A DNA stretch of 59,411 nucleotides from Candidatus Methylomirabilota bacterium (lineage in GTDB: Bacteria; Methylomirabilota; Methylomirabilia; Rokubacteriales; CSP1-6). The stretch is from the NCBI GenBank assembly GCA_035260325.1, contig DATFVL010000144.1, positions 1 to 59,411 of the forward strand, in the 5' to 3' direction. The notes beneath the pieces are model-generated. The model saw nothing but the letters and a program-made list of their open reading frames with translations, was not told the origin of the DNA and made no database searches. Shown here one piece after another: positions 40,197-48,205 of this stretch; the stretch's first letter is position 1; every line of letters begins with the position of its first letter. A program made the position numbers and the translations under genes.

Positions 40197-41720
40197 CTAG
40201 GCGCTCCGACGGCGCGCCGCGGCGCCGAGCGCACCCGCGGAGACGGCGAGCGACAGGTACGCGAGCCACTCGCCGAAGCGGGTGTAGAGCGTCAGCCGGG
40301 ACCGCAGCGGGACGGGCTCCGACACCGCGCCGCGCCGGAAGAGCGTGAGCCGCCGGATGATCTGGCCGCTCGGCGCGATGACCGCCGACACGCCGGTGTT
40401 CGCCGCTCGGACGACGGCGGTGCGGTGCTCGACCGCACGGAACGGATACATGGCGAGGTGCTGCCACGGGCCGTCCGTTCGGCCGAACCACGCGTCGTTC
40501 GTCATGTTCACCATCAGCCGCGCTCCGCCCCTCACGAACTCGCGCATGAGCTCCGGGAAGATTCCTTCGTAACAGATTACGACACCGAGCGGCGCCGGCG
40601 GCCCAGGGAATACCACGGCGCGGGCGCCGGGCTCGAGGTCGGCGATGAACTCGGCCCAGCCTCGCACGAAGCCGATGACCGTGGACAACGGCACGTACTC
40701 TCCGAACGGGACGAGATGAATCTTATCATAGCGTCCGGCGATGCCTCGCTCCGTCAAGAAAAACGCAGTGTTGTAGAGCCTTGGCGGAGACGTTTCGTCA
40801 ACGTCGATCGTCCCGACCAGAATGGGGGCTCGGAGCTCACGGGAGAGCGCCTGGAGGCCCGCGAGCATCCGCGGCTCCCGCCGGAGCACGGCGGGTAGCG
40901 AGGTCTCGGGCCAGACGATCAGGTCGGGGTGCTCGGTGCCCACGCGGCGGGTGAGCGAGGTCGCGATACCGAGCGTCGTCGCGGCGTAGCCCGGGTCCGC
41001 CTTCAGCGGCTGGGCGATCGACGGCTGGATCAGCGCGACCCGGACCTCGCCCGGCGGGCTCGGCTCGGCGAGCCGGCTCATCCCGAAGCCGAGGGCCGCG
41101 CTCACGAGCGCCGCGCCGACGCCCAGACCCACCAGTGCGCGGCGCCAGGCCAGCGCGAGGCACCCGGTGAGCGCCGCGTTCACCGAGAGCAGGACGAACG
41201 ACACCGCGTGCACCCCGCCGAGCTCGGCGATCTGGATGACCGGCAGACGGAGATACTGCGAGTAGCCGAGCTCGCCCCACGGGAACCCGCCCATGAGGCG
41301 CCCGCGCACCCACTCGGCCGCCACCCAGAGGAAGGGCGAGGCCGCCAGCGCCAGCGTCGGCGAGCGCCGCCGGCCGATCCAGGAAACGGCCCAGGCGAAG
41401 ATGCCCACGTACAGACCGCAGTACGCGGCGAGGAGGCCGATCGGTCCCCAGGTGAGCGGCCACGGAATCGCGCTGTAGACCTGGAAGGTGAAGTCGAGCC
41501 AGCGGAGGAGCACCAGGAAGAAGACCAGCCCGAAGAGCCATCCCCAGGCGAGCGCCACGCCCGGCGGGCGGGCCAGCGCCATCGCGATGACTGGCACCAC
41601 GGCCACCCACGCCACCCCGTCCCAGTCGGTCCGCGGGAACGCGAGGGCGAGGCCGAGGGCGCTCCCCGCGAGCAGGGCGGCCAGCGCCAGCTGCTCGCGC
41701 AGCGCGCGGAACCGGTTCAG
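40197..41720 (-). CDS. lnt: Apolipoprotein N-acyltransferase
   Basis: Track ORF 40197..42308. It has a multi-TM N-terminal half and a CN-hydrolase domain (..LIVWPE.., YDKIHLVPFGEYVP, VVICYEGIFPE). The first TM (LALAALLAGSALGLALAFP) follows CTG 41720 (CTGA overlap with the upstream stop). The nearest canonical in-frame start is GTG 41843. The start is uncertain. Confidence 0.85.
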   Translation of the reverse strand: MNRFRALREQLALAALLAGSALGLALAFPRTDWDGVAWVAVVPVIAMALARPPGVALAWGWLFGLVFFLVLLRWLDFTFQVYSAIPWPLTWGPIGLLAAYCGLYVGIFAWAVSWIGRRRSPTLALAASPFLWVAAEWVRGRLMGGFPWGELGYSQYLRLPVIQIAELGGVHAVSFVLLSVNAALTGCLALAWRRALVGLGVGAALVSAALGFGMSRLAEPSPPGEVRVALIQPSIAQPLKADPGYAATTLGIATSLTRRVGTEHPDLIVWPETSLPAVLRREPRMLAGLQALSRELRAPILVGTIDVDETSPPRLYNTAFFLTERGIAGRYDKIHLVPFGEYVPLSTVIGFVRGWAEFIADLEPGARAVVFPGPPAPLGVVICYEGIFPELMREFVRGGARLMVNMTNDAWFGRTDGPWQHLAMYPFRAVEHRTAVVRAANTGVSAVIAPSGQIIRRLTLFRRGAVSEPVPLRSRLTLYTRFGEWLAYLSLAVSAGALGAAARRRSA

Positions 41721-42442
41721 GCGCCCCTCGCGAGGCGGTCCGACAACAGACGGGGCAACCCCCCGGTGAGGATCTTCCGCTGCGCCCGCTCGACCTCGTA
41801 CGGCACGCGCCGGATCTCGAGCCGGCCGCGCTCGACGTCCCACAGCGCGTAAGCGGCGCGCGGGTCGCGGTCGCGCGGCTGGCCGACGCTCCCGACGTTC
41901 ACGAGGTAGCGGCGGCCGTGCTCGAGCCGGAGCTCGATCGCCCCTACCAGGTACTCGGGGCCCGAGGAGCCGAGGGACCAGACGCCCGGGACGTGGGTGT
42001 GACCGACGAAGCAGAGGCGTGTCGCGAAAGCGGGGAACGCGTCGAAGCCGTCTTCGGCCGAGAGCAGGTAGTCCCACTCCTCCGGATGACGCGGCGACGC
42101 GTGCGCGAGCGTCGCGTCGGCCACCTCGGCGGTGAGCGGCAGCGCGGCGAGGTAGCGTAGGTGGTCGTCGTCGAGCCGCTCTCGGGTCCACTCGGCCGCC
42201 GCCCGCGCGTAGGGATTGAACCACTCGAGGTCGAGGAGGCCCACGACCCCGTGCTCGTGGTTCCCGGCGATGGTCGCCGCGGCGCGCCCCGCGACACGCT
42301 CGACGCATGCGAGCGGGTCGGCGCCGTAGCCGACCACGTCCCCGAGACAGAGGAGCGCGTCGGCCCGGTCGGCGGCGTCGGCCAGCACCGCGTCGAGGGC
42401 CTCGAGGTTGCCGTGGATGTCCGAGAGGACGGCGTATCGCAT
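41717..42442 (-). CDS. Metallophosphoesterase family protein (YfcE/MJ0936-like)
   Basis: 241-aa ORF with MRYAVLSDIHGN, LCLGDVVGYG and GNHE metallophosphoesterase motifs. Confidence 0.8.
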   Translation of the reverse strand: MRYAVLSDIHGNLEALDAVLADAADRADALLCLGDVVGYGADPLACVERVAGRAAATIAGNHEHGVVGLLDLEWFNPYARAAAEWTRERLDDDHLRYLAALPLTAEVADATLAHASPRHPEEWDYLLSAEDGFDAFPAFATRLCFVGHTHVPGVWSLGSSGPEYLVGAIELRLEHGRRYLVNVGSVGQPRDRDPRAAYALWDVERGRLEIRRVPYEVERAQRKILTGGLPRLLSDRLARGA

Positions 42443-42452
42443 GGCGCCCGGG

Positions 42453-42869
42453 TCAGGCCGTGGGACGGAGGTCGCGATGGATCCTGTCGAGGACGCCGTT
42501 GATGAAGCGGCCCGACTCCTTCGTCCCGAACTTCTTCGCGATCTCGATCGCCTCGTTGATCGCCACCTTCGGCGGCACCTCGGGGCTCCACAGGAGCTCG
42601 TAGACCGCGAGGCGCAGGATGTTCCGGTCCACGACGGCCATCCGGTCGAGGTCCCAGTGCTCCGTGCACTGCACGATCGTCTGGTCGATCTTCGCCTGGT
42701 TGACCTTGGTGCCGCGGACGAGCGCCTCCGCGAAGGCGCGCCCGCCCGCCGCGAGCGGGTGCCGTGCCCAGAAGTCGCGCTCGCGCGCCGCCGGGTCGTG
42801 CTCGGCGTGGAGGTCCAGCTCGTAGAGGAACTGGAGGGCGATCTCGCGGGCCTTCCGGCGCTTGCCCAT
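42453..42869 (-). CDS. nusB: Transcription antitermination factor NusB
   Basis: Track ORF 42453..43076 trimmed to ATG 42869 (MGKRRKAREIALQFLYELDL..). The ribH-nusB linkage is classical. The ATG shares one base with the ribH stop (TAATG). Confidence 0.9.
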   Translation of the reverse strand: MGKRRKAREIALQFLYELDLHAEHDPAARERDFWARHPLAAGGRAFAEALVRGTKVNQAKIDQTIVQCTEHWDLDRMAVVDRNILRLAVYELLWSPEVPPKVAINEAIEIAKKFGTKESGRFINGVLDRIHRDLRPTA

Positions 42870-43462
42870 TAGTTGTTGCGGGGGCCGCGAGCCCGCGGCG
42901 GCCGAGGGTGGCCCGAAAGAGGCGCACGGGGCTCCGCTCCCGCGGACTTCCCGCGGAGCACGGGGCTCCGACCCGCCCGATTCCGACGGACATCCTCGAT
43001 CCACTTGGCCATTTCGAGCGCGGCCGCCGCGGCTTCCTCGCCGCGGTTGCCGACCTCGCCGCCGGCGCGGTCCCACGCCTGCTCCTCGCTCAGCGCCGTG
43101 ATCACGCCGAACGTCGCCGGGACGCCGGTGGACAGGGCGACCTGGCGGATCCCCGCGGCCGCCTCGCGCGCGATGTGCTCGAAGTGCGGCGTCTGGCCGC
43201 GGATGACCACGCCCACGCAGACGATGCCCGCGTAACGCCGCGTCGCGGCCAGGAGCGACGCCGCCTGGGGCAGCTCGAAGGAGCCGGGCACCCAGTGGAC
43301 CTCCACGCGCTCGGTGTCGAACCCGGCCTCGGCGAAGGCCGAGCGGGCGCCGTCCACGAGGCGCTTGGTGATGCGCTCGTTGAAGCGGGCCGCGACGATC
43401 GCGAACCGCTGCGAGCGCCGCGCCGCGCGGGGGCGGCGCGCCTCAGGCGCGCGGCCGGCCAT
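42869..43462 (-). CDS. ribH: 6,7-dimethyl-8-ribityllumazine synthase, with an unusual Arg/Pro-rich C-terminal extension
   Basis: 197-aa ORF. The core RFAIVAARFNERITKRLVDGA...VPGSFELP...GVVIRGQTPHFEHI...ALEMA is RibH. About 40 further residues (..RRNRAGRSPVLRGKSAGAEPRAPLSGHPRPPRARGPRNN) follow the usual end. Confidence 0.85.
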   Translation of the reverse strand: MAGRAPEARRPRAARRSQRFAIVAARFNERITKRLVDGARSAFAEAGFDTERVEVHWVPGSFELPQAASLLAATRRYAGIVCVGVVIRGQTPHFEHIAREAAAGIRQVALSTGVPATFGVITALSEEQAWDRAGGEVGNRGEEAAAAALEMAKWIEDVRRNRAGRSPVLRGKSAGAEPRAPLSGHPRPPRARGPRNN

Positions 43463-43463
43463 C

Positions 43464-44675
43464 TCAGTCGGGGAGCGAGGACAGGAGATGGCCGAGCTTG
43501 TCGCGCTTCGTGCTCAAGTACTTCCGGTTGGCCTCGGTCGCCGGGGTCTCGATCGGCACGCGCTCGGCGATGTGCAGGCCGTAACCCTCGAGGCCGACGA
43601 TCTTCTTCGGGTTGTTGGTGAGGAGCCGGAGGTTCTTCACACCGAGGTCGACGAGGATCTGGGCGCCGATGCCGTAATCGCGCAGGTCGGGCTTGAAGCC
43701 GAGCGCCTGGTTCGCCTCGACGGTGTCCTTGCCCTGATCCTGCAGCTCGTAGGCGCGGATCTTGTTCACGAGGCCGATCCCCCGGCCCTCCTGCCGCATG
43801 TAGACGAACACGCCCCGGCCCTCGGCCTGGATGATCGCCAGCGCCTTCTCGAGCTGCTGCCCGCAGTCGCAGCGCCGCGAGTGGAAGGCGTCGCCGAACA
43901 GGCACTCGGAGTGGACGCGGACCAGCACCGGCTCGTCGCCCGCCACCTGCCCCATCACGAGCGCCACCGGCACCCGCGCGTCCACCGTCGTGTCGTAGGC
44001 GATCGTGGTGAAGTCGCCGAAGTCTGTCGGCAGCTTGGTGGTCGCGATCCGCCGGACCAGCTTTTCCTTCACGATCCGGTACTCGATGAGCTCCTTGATC
44101 GTGATCATCTTGAAGCCGTGCGCTTCCGCGAGCTCCACGAGTTGCGGCACGCGCGCCATGCCCCCGTCCTCGTCGAGCACCTCGCAGATCACGCCCGCCG
44201 GCGAGCAGCCGGCCAGGCGGGCCAGGTCCACCGCCGCCTCGGTGTGACCCGCCCGCCGGAGCACCCCGCCCGGCATCGCCCGGAGCGGCAGGACGTGGCC
44301 CGGGCGCGTCAGATCCTCGGCGCTCATCTGCGGATCGACCAGCGTGCGGATCGTCACCGCCCGGTCGTACGCCGACGTGCCCGTCGTGACGCCGCGCCGC
44401 GCGTCCACGGTGACGGTGAAGGCCGTGCCCATGGGCGCGGTGTTGTCGGAGACCATCATCGAGATCTTCAGCTCGTCGAGCCGCTCGCCCGTCATCGGCA
44501 CGCAGATGAGGCCACGGCCATACTTGGCCATGAAGTTCACCGCCTCGGGCGTCACCTTGTCCGCGGCCATCACGAGGTCGCCCTCGTTCTCGCGGTCCTC
44601 GTCGTCGACCACGAGCAGGATGCGCCCCTGCCGGATCTCCTCGATGCCCTCCTCGGCTTTCGAGAACTCGGTCAT
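43464..44675 (-). CDS. ribBA: Bifunctional 3,4-dihydroxy-2-butanone-4-phosphate synthase / GTP cyclohydrolase II
   Basis: 403-aa ORF with the RibB half (..[18 protein letters not shown]..) and the RibA half (..[21 protein letters not shown]..). Confidence 0.9.
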   Translation of the reverse strand: MTEFSKAEEGIEEIRQGRILLVVDDEDRENEGDLVMAADKVTPEAVNFMAKYGRGLICVPMTGERLDELKISMMVSDNTAPMGTAFTVTVDARRGVTTGTSAYDRAVTIRTLVDPQMSAEDLTRPGHVLPLRAMPGGVLRRAGHTEAAVDLARLAGCSPAGVICEVLDEDGGMARVPQLVELAEAHGFKMITIKELIEYRIVKEKLVRRIATTKLPTDFGDFTTIAYDTTVDARVPVALVMGQVAGDEPVLVRVHSECLFGDAFHSRRCDCGQQLEKALAIIQAEGRGVFVYMRQEGRGIGLVNKIRAYELQDQGKDTVEANQALGFKPDLRDYGIGAQILVDLGVKNLRLLTNNPKKIVGLEGYGLHIAERVPIETPATEANRKYLSTKRDKLGHLLSSLPD

Positions 44676-45274
44676 GTCGTCCCCCTGAGGGCGAGCGATC
44701 GCACCAGGTACTTGCCGATCACGTCGGCCTCGATGTTCACCGCCTGCCCGGACGCCAGCCGCCCGAGCGACGTCACGGCGAGCGTGTGCGGGATGAGCAT
44801 CACCTCGAACCAGCAGTCGCCGAGGGCGGCGACCGTCAGGCTCACCCCGTCCACCGCCACCGACCCCTGCGGGATCAGCAGCGGCTCGAGCTCCCGGCCG
44901 GGCAGCGCGACGCGCACCCGTGTGGTCGATTCTACACGCCTTGCCTCCTCCACGGTTCCGACGCCGTCCACGTGGCCGAGGACGAGGTGGCCGCCCAGCG
45001 CGCCCCCGAAGCGGAGCGGGCGCTCGAGGTTGACCGGCTCGCCCGCGCGGAGGCGGCCCAGCGTCGTGCGCGCGAGGGTCTCGGGACCGAGCTCGAACAC
45101 GAACCCGTCGGGCCGGCGCTCGACGATCGTGAGGCAGGCGCCGTTGACCGAGAGGCTCCCGCCGACGGCCGTGTCCTCGAGCGTCGTCTTCGCCTGCACC
45201 TCGAGCCGGGCGACCGGCCCGCCGCGGGCCGGCGCCGCCACCGTCCCCAGCTCCTCGACGATTCCCGTGAACAT
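44672..45274 (-). CDS. ribE: Riboflavin synthase (alpha chain)
   Basis: 200-aa [13 protein letters not shown] is the signature N-terminus, with an internal repeat (..[12 protein letters not shown].. / ..[12 protein letters not shown]..). Confidence 0.9.
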   Translation of the reverse strand: MFTGIVEELGTVAAPARGGPVARLEVQAKTTLEDTAVGGSLSVNGACLTIVERRPDGFVFELGPETLARTTLGRLRAGEPVNLERPLRFGGALGGHLVLGHVDGVGTVEEARRVESTTRVRVALPGRELEPLLIPQGSVAVDGVSLTVAALGDCWFEVMLIPHTLAVTSLGRLASGQAVNIEADVIGKYLVRSLALRGTT

Positions 45275-45275
45275 C

Positions 45276-46394
45276 CTAGGCGCCCCGCGTCTCGCGGACC
45301 ACGTCGGCCTCGACCAGGAGGTCGTCGCCGAGCCGCGTGACGGCGAGCGCCCCGAGCCGCACGCCGCCCTTCAGCTCGCGTCCGGCGCCGCCGATCGCGG
45401 TCGGCGCGGTCCGCCCGCCGAGGAGGAGGGGCGCGACGAAGAAGGCCACGCGGTCCACGAGGCCGGCGTCGAGGAACCCGGCGTGGACCTCGCCGCCCCC
45501 CTCGACGAGCACGCCGCGCACGTCCCGCGCGTAGAGTTCGGCGAGGAGCGCGCCCGGATCCACACGGCCGTCCCGCGTCGGACACGGCACGACCGTCGCG
45601 CCGGTCGCGGCGAGGCGCTCGCGCGCTTCGGCGGGCGCGCCCCCGCCCACGGCGATGAGGACGCGGCGCGGGTCGCCGGCGCGGATCAGTCGAGCCCCGG
45701 GGGGCGTGCGGGCGCCGGTGTCGAGCACGACCCGGTAGGGCTCGCGGGGCCAGGGACGCGCCAGGCGCACCGTGAGCTCCGGGTCGTCGCGGAGGACGGT
45801 CGTGACGCCGACGACGATCGCGTCGGCCTCGCTGCGGAGCCGGTGGGCGTGGGCGCGCGCCGGCTCACCCGAGATCCAGCGCGAGGCCCCCGAGGCGTCG
45901 GCGATCTTCCCGTCGAGGGTCATCCCCGCCTTGAGCGTCACGTGCGGCCGGCGCTCGGTCACGGCGGTGAGGAACACGCGGTTCTGGCTCGTCGCCTCCG
46001 CCGCGAGCACCCCGTACACGACCTCGATCCCCGCGCCGCGGAGGATCTCGAAGCCCCGCCCCGCGACGAGCGGGTTCGGGTCGCCGATCGCCGCCACCAC
46101 GCGCGCGATCGCGGCCTCGACGACCGCCGACGCGCACGGGGGCGTCCGCCCCCGGTGGGCGCACGGCTCGAGCGTGACGTAGAGTGTGGCGCCGCGCGCC
46201 CGTGGGCCCGCCGCGGCAAGCGCCTCGACCTCGGCATGTGGGCCTCCGGCGCGCAGGTGGACGCCCTCGCCGGCGATCTCTCCCGACGGGGTCACGACGA
46301 CGGCGCCGACCATCGGGTTCGGCGACGTGAGCCCGCGGCCGCGCTCGGCGAGCTCGAGTGCGCGCCGCATGAAGCGCTCGTCGGGCGCGCTCAC
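45276..46394 (-). CDS. ribD: Bifunctional riboflavin biosynthesis deaminase/reductase RibD
   Basis: 372-aa ORF with a CMP/dCMP-type deaminase zinc site (HAEVEAL...PCAHRGRTPPC) and a C-terminal reductase domain. GTG 46394 forms a GTGA overlap with the ftsY stop. Confidence 0.9.
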   Translation of the reverse strand: MSAPDERFMRRALELAERGRGLTSPNPMVGAVVVTPSGEIAGEGVHLRAGGPHAEVEALAAAGPRARGATLYVTLEPCAHRGRTPPCASAVVEAAIARVVAAIGDPNPLVAGRGFEILRGAGIEVVYGVLAAEATSQNRVFLTAVTERRPHVTLKAGMTLDGKIADASGASRWISGEPARAHAHRLRSEADAIVVGVTTVLRDDPELTVRLARPWPREPYRVVLDTGARTPPGARLIRAGDPRRVLIAVGGGAPAEARERLAATGATVVPCPTRDGRVDPGALLAELYARDVRGVLVEGGGEVHAGFLDAGLVDRVAFFVAPLLLGGRTAPTAIGGAGRELKGGVRLGALAVTRLGDDLLVEADVVRETRGA

Positions 46395-47317
46395 GACGGC
46401 GGCACCAGCTCGTCCACGAAGGCCTCGGCCTCGAAGGTCTGGAGGTCCTCGACGCGCTCGCCGACGCCGATCAGCTTGACCGGGATCCGGAGCTCGCGGA
46501 CGATCCGGACGACGATCCCGCCCTTGGCGGTGCCGTCGAGCTTCGTCAGCGCCACGCCCGAGAGCCCGATCGCCTCGTGGAACACGCGGGCCTGGGCAAA
46601 GCCGTTCTGCCCCGTCGGCGCATCCAGCACCATCAGCGACTCGTGGGGCGCCCCCGGCAGCTGGCGCGCGATGACGCGCTTGAGCTTCGCGAGCTCCTCC
46701 ATGAGATTCGACTTCGTGTGGAGGCGTCCCGCGGTGTCCACGATGAGCGCGTCGGCGCCGCGCGCCGCCGCCGCCTTCACCGCGTCGAAGACGACCGCCG
46801 CGGGGTCGGAGCCCGCGGCCTGGTGGATCACTTCGACACCGATGCGCTCGCCCCAGCGCTCGAGCTGCTCGATCGCGGCGGCGCGGAACGTGTCGGCCGC
46901 CGCCAGGAGGACGTGCCTCCCGGAGCCCTTGAGCGCGGCGGCGAGCTTCGCCGCCGTCGTCGTCTTGCCCGCGCCGTTCACGCCGAGCATGAGGACGACG
47001 GCCGGCCGGTGGTCGAGGCTCAGGGGCTGGGCCGCCGCGGCGAGCGTGTCGAGGAGAAAGCGGCGGAACAGCGGGCGCAGCTGGTCCGCGCGGGTGACCG
47101 TCCCGAACATGACCTCCTCGCGCGCGCGGTTCGTGAAGTCGGCCGCGAGGGCGGCGCCCAGGTCGGCCGCGATCAGGAGCTCCTCGAGCTCCGCGTAGAG
47201 CGTCTCGTCGATCGGCCGCTCGGGTGCCAGGACCGCGCCGAGGCCGCCCGCCAGGTACTCCTGGGAGCGCCGGAGCCCCTCGCGCAGGCGCGCGCCCAGA
47301 CCGGAGAGGAAGGTCAC
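46391..47317 (-). CDS. ftsY: Signal recognition particle receptor FtsY
   Basis: Track ORF 46391..47524 trimmed to GTG 47317 (GTGA overlap with the rodZ stop). NG domain with GVNGAGKTTT, DTAGR and TKLDGTAKGG. There is no long acidic A-domain. Confidence 0.9.
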   Translation of the reverse strand: MTFLSGLGARLREGLRRSQEYLAGGLGAVLAPERPIDETLYAELEELLIAADLGAALAADFTNRAREEVMFGTVTRADQLRPLFRRFLLDTLAAAAQPLSLDHRPAVVLMLGVNGAGKTTTAAKLAAALKGSGRHVLLAAADTFRAAAIEQLERWGERIGVEVIHQAAGSDPAAVVFDAVKAAAARGADALIVDTAGRLHTKSNLMEELAKLKRVIARQLPGAPHESLMVLDAPTGQNGFAQARVFHEAIGLSGVALTKLDGTAKGGIVVRIVRELRIPVKLIGVGERVEDLQTFEAEAFVDELVPPS

Positions 47318-48156
47318 GGGACGTCCGCGGGCAGGACCAGCCGCTCGATCACCGCGCCGCTCGGGCCGAGCCGGGGCACGGGCCGCCCGTTCAGCTCGAA
47401 CGCGACGCCGCCGGCGTTGCCGATCGTGAGGATGAACGGCCGGTTGGACACCCACTCGCGGGTCTCGCCCGCGGGGATATTCTCCTCGCTCGTGCGGCCG
47501 TCCTGCGTGCGCACGCGGATCCACGTGAGCTCTGAGGTCCGCGCCACGAGCCGGTAGAGCGACGTGACGCCGGCGATCTGGGGCGGCGCCCCGGTCGAGG
47601 CCCCGGCGGGAGGCCCGGGCATGGCGGGCGCCGGGACCGGGCGGGGTGTCTCGGCGGCCGGCCGCGCTTCGACGTCGGGCGCGGGCCTGGGCTCCGGGGC
47701 GCGCGCGGCCGCGCGCTCCTCCCTTCGGGGCTCGCGCGCGGGCTGGAGCCAGAGCGTGACGGTGAACAGCGCGACGCCGAGCACGACGAGCAGCACGAAC
47801 CCTGCGAGCACGGCGCTGCGGCTCCGGGTCTCGGCCGTCTCTCGGCGCCGGGCGGCTTCCGCGGTGGCGGCCGCCCCCGCCGGGCGCGCGTGGGGCTCTG
47901 GCGTCGTCTTGGTCTCGGGCGCGTCCACGGCGCGGCCGTCGTAGATGGCGAACGCTTCGTCCGGCGCGACGCCTAGCGTCTGGCAGTACGCGCGGATGAA
48001 GCCCCTCGTGAAGACCGGGGCCGGGAGGGCTTCGAAGTCGTCGGCCTCAAGCGCCTCCAGGTAGCTGGTCAAGACCCGGGTGGAGCGGGAGATCTCCTCG
48101 AGGGAAACCCCTCGCCGGGTGCGCAGCTCACGGAGATAGGAGCCGACGGACGGCAT
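47314..48156 (-). CDS. rodZ: RodZ-like cytoskeleton protein (HTH + TM + DUF4115-like C-terminus)
   Basis: 280-aa ORF. It has an N-terminal XRE-type HTH (VGSYLRELRTRRGVSLEEISRSTRVLTSYLEALE), a single TM (SAVLAGFVLLVVLGVALFTVTLW) and a Pro/Ala-rich linker. The C-terminal beta domain includes ..NAGGVAFELNG.. Confidence 0.75.
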   Translation of the reverse strand: MPSVGSYLRELRTRRGVSLEEISRSTRVLTSYLEALEADDFEALPAPVFTRGFIRAYCQTLGVAPDEAFAIYDGRAVDAPETKTTPEPHARPAGAAATAEAARRRETAETRSRSAVLAGFVLLVVLGVALFTVTLWLQPAREPRREERAAARAPEPRPAPDVEARPAAETPRPVPAPAMPGPPAGASTGAPPQIAGVTSLYRLVARTSELTWIRVRTQDGRTSEENIPAGETREWVSNRPFILTIGNAGGVAFELNGRPVPRLGPSGAVIERLVLPADVP

Positions 48157-48205
48157 AGCCCTGACGCCGCCGAGTCTAGCTCATTTCCCCTGCGACTTCA
48201 CCTAC

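Noticed and set aside
41717-42442. Metallophosphoesterase considered as a second UDP-diacylglucosamine hydrolase (LpxH/LpxG-like), given the LPS context.
   Set aside because: It is short (241 aa). Its motifs resemble the generic YfcE/MJ0936 phosphodiesterase group. It is separated from the lpx genes by lnt through bamA, and LpxI already covers that step. There is no positive evidence from sequence alone.
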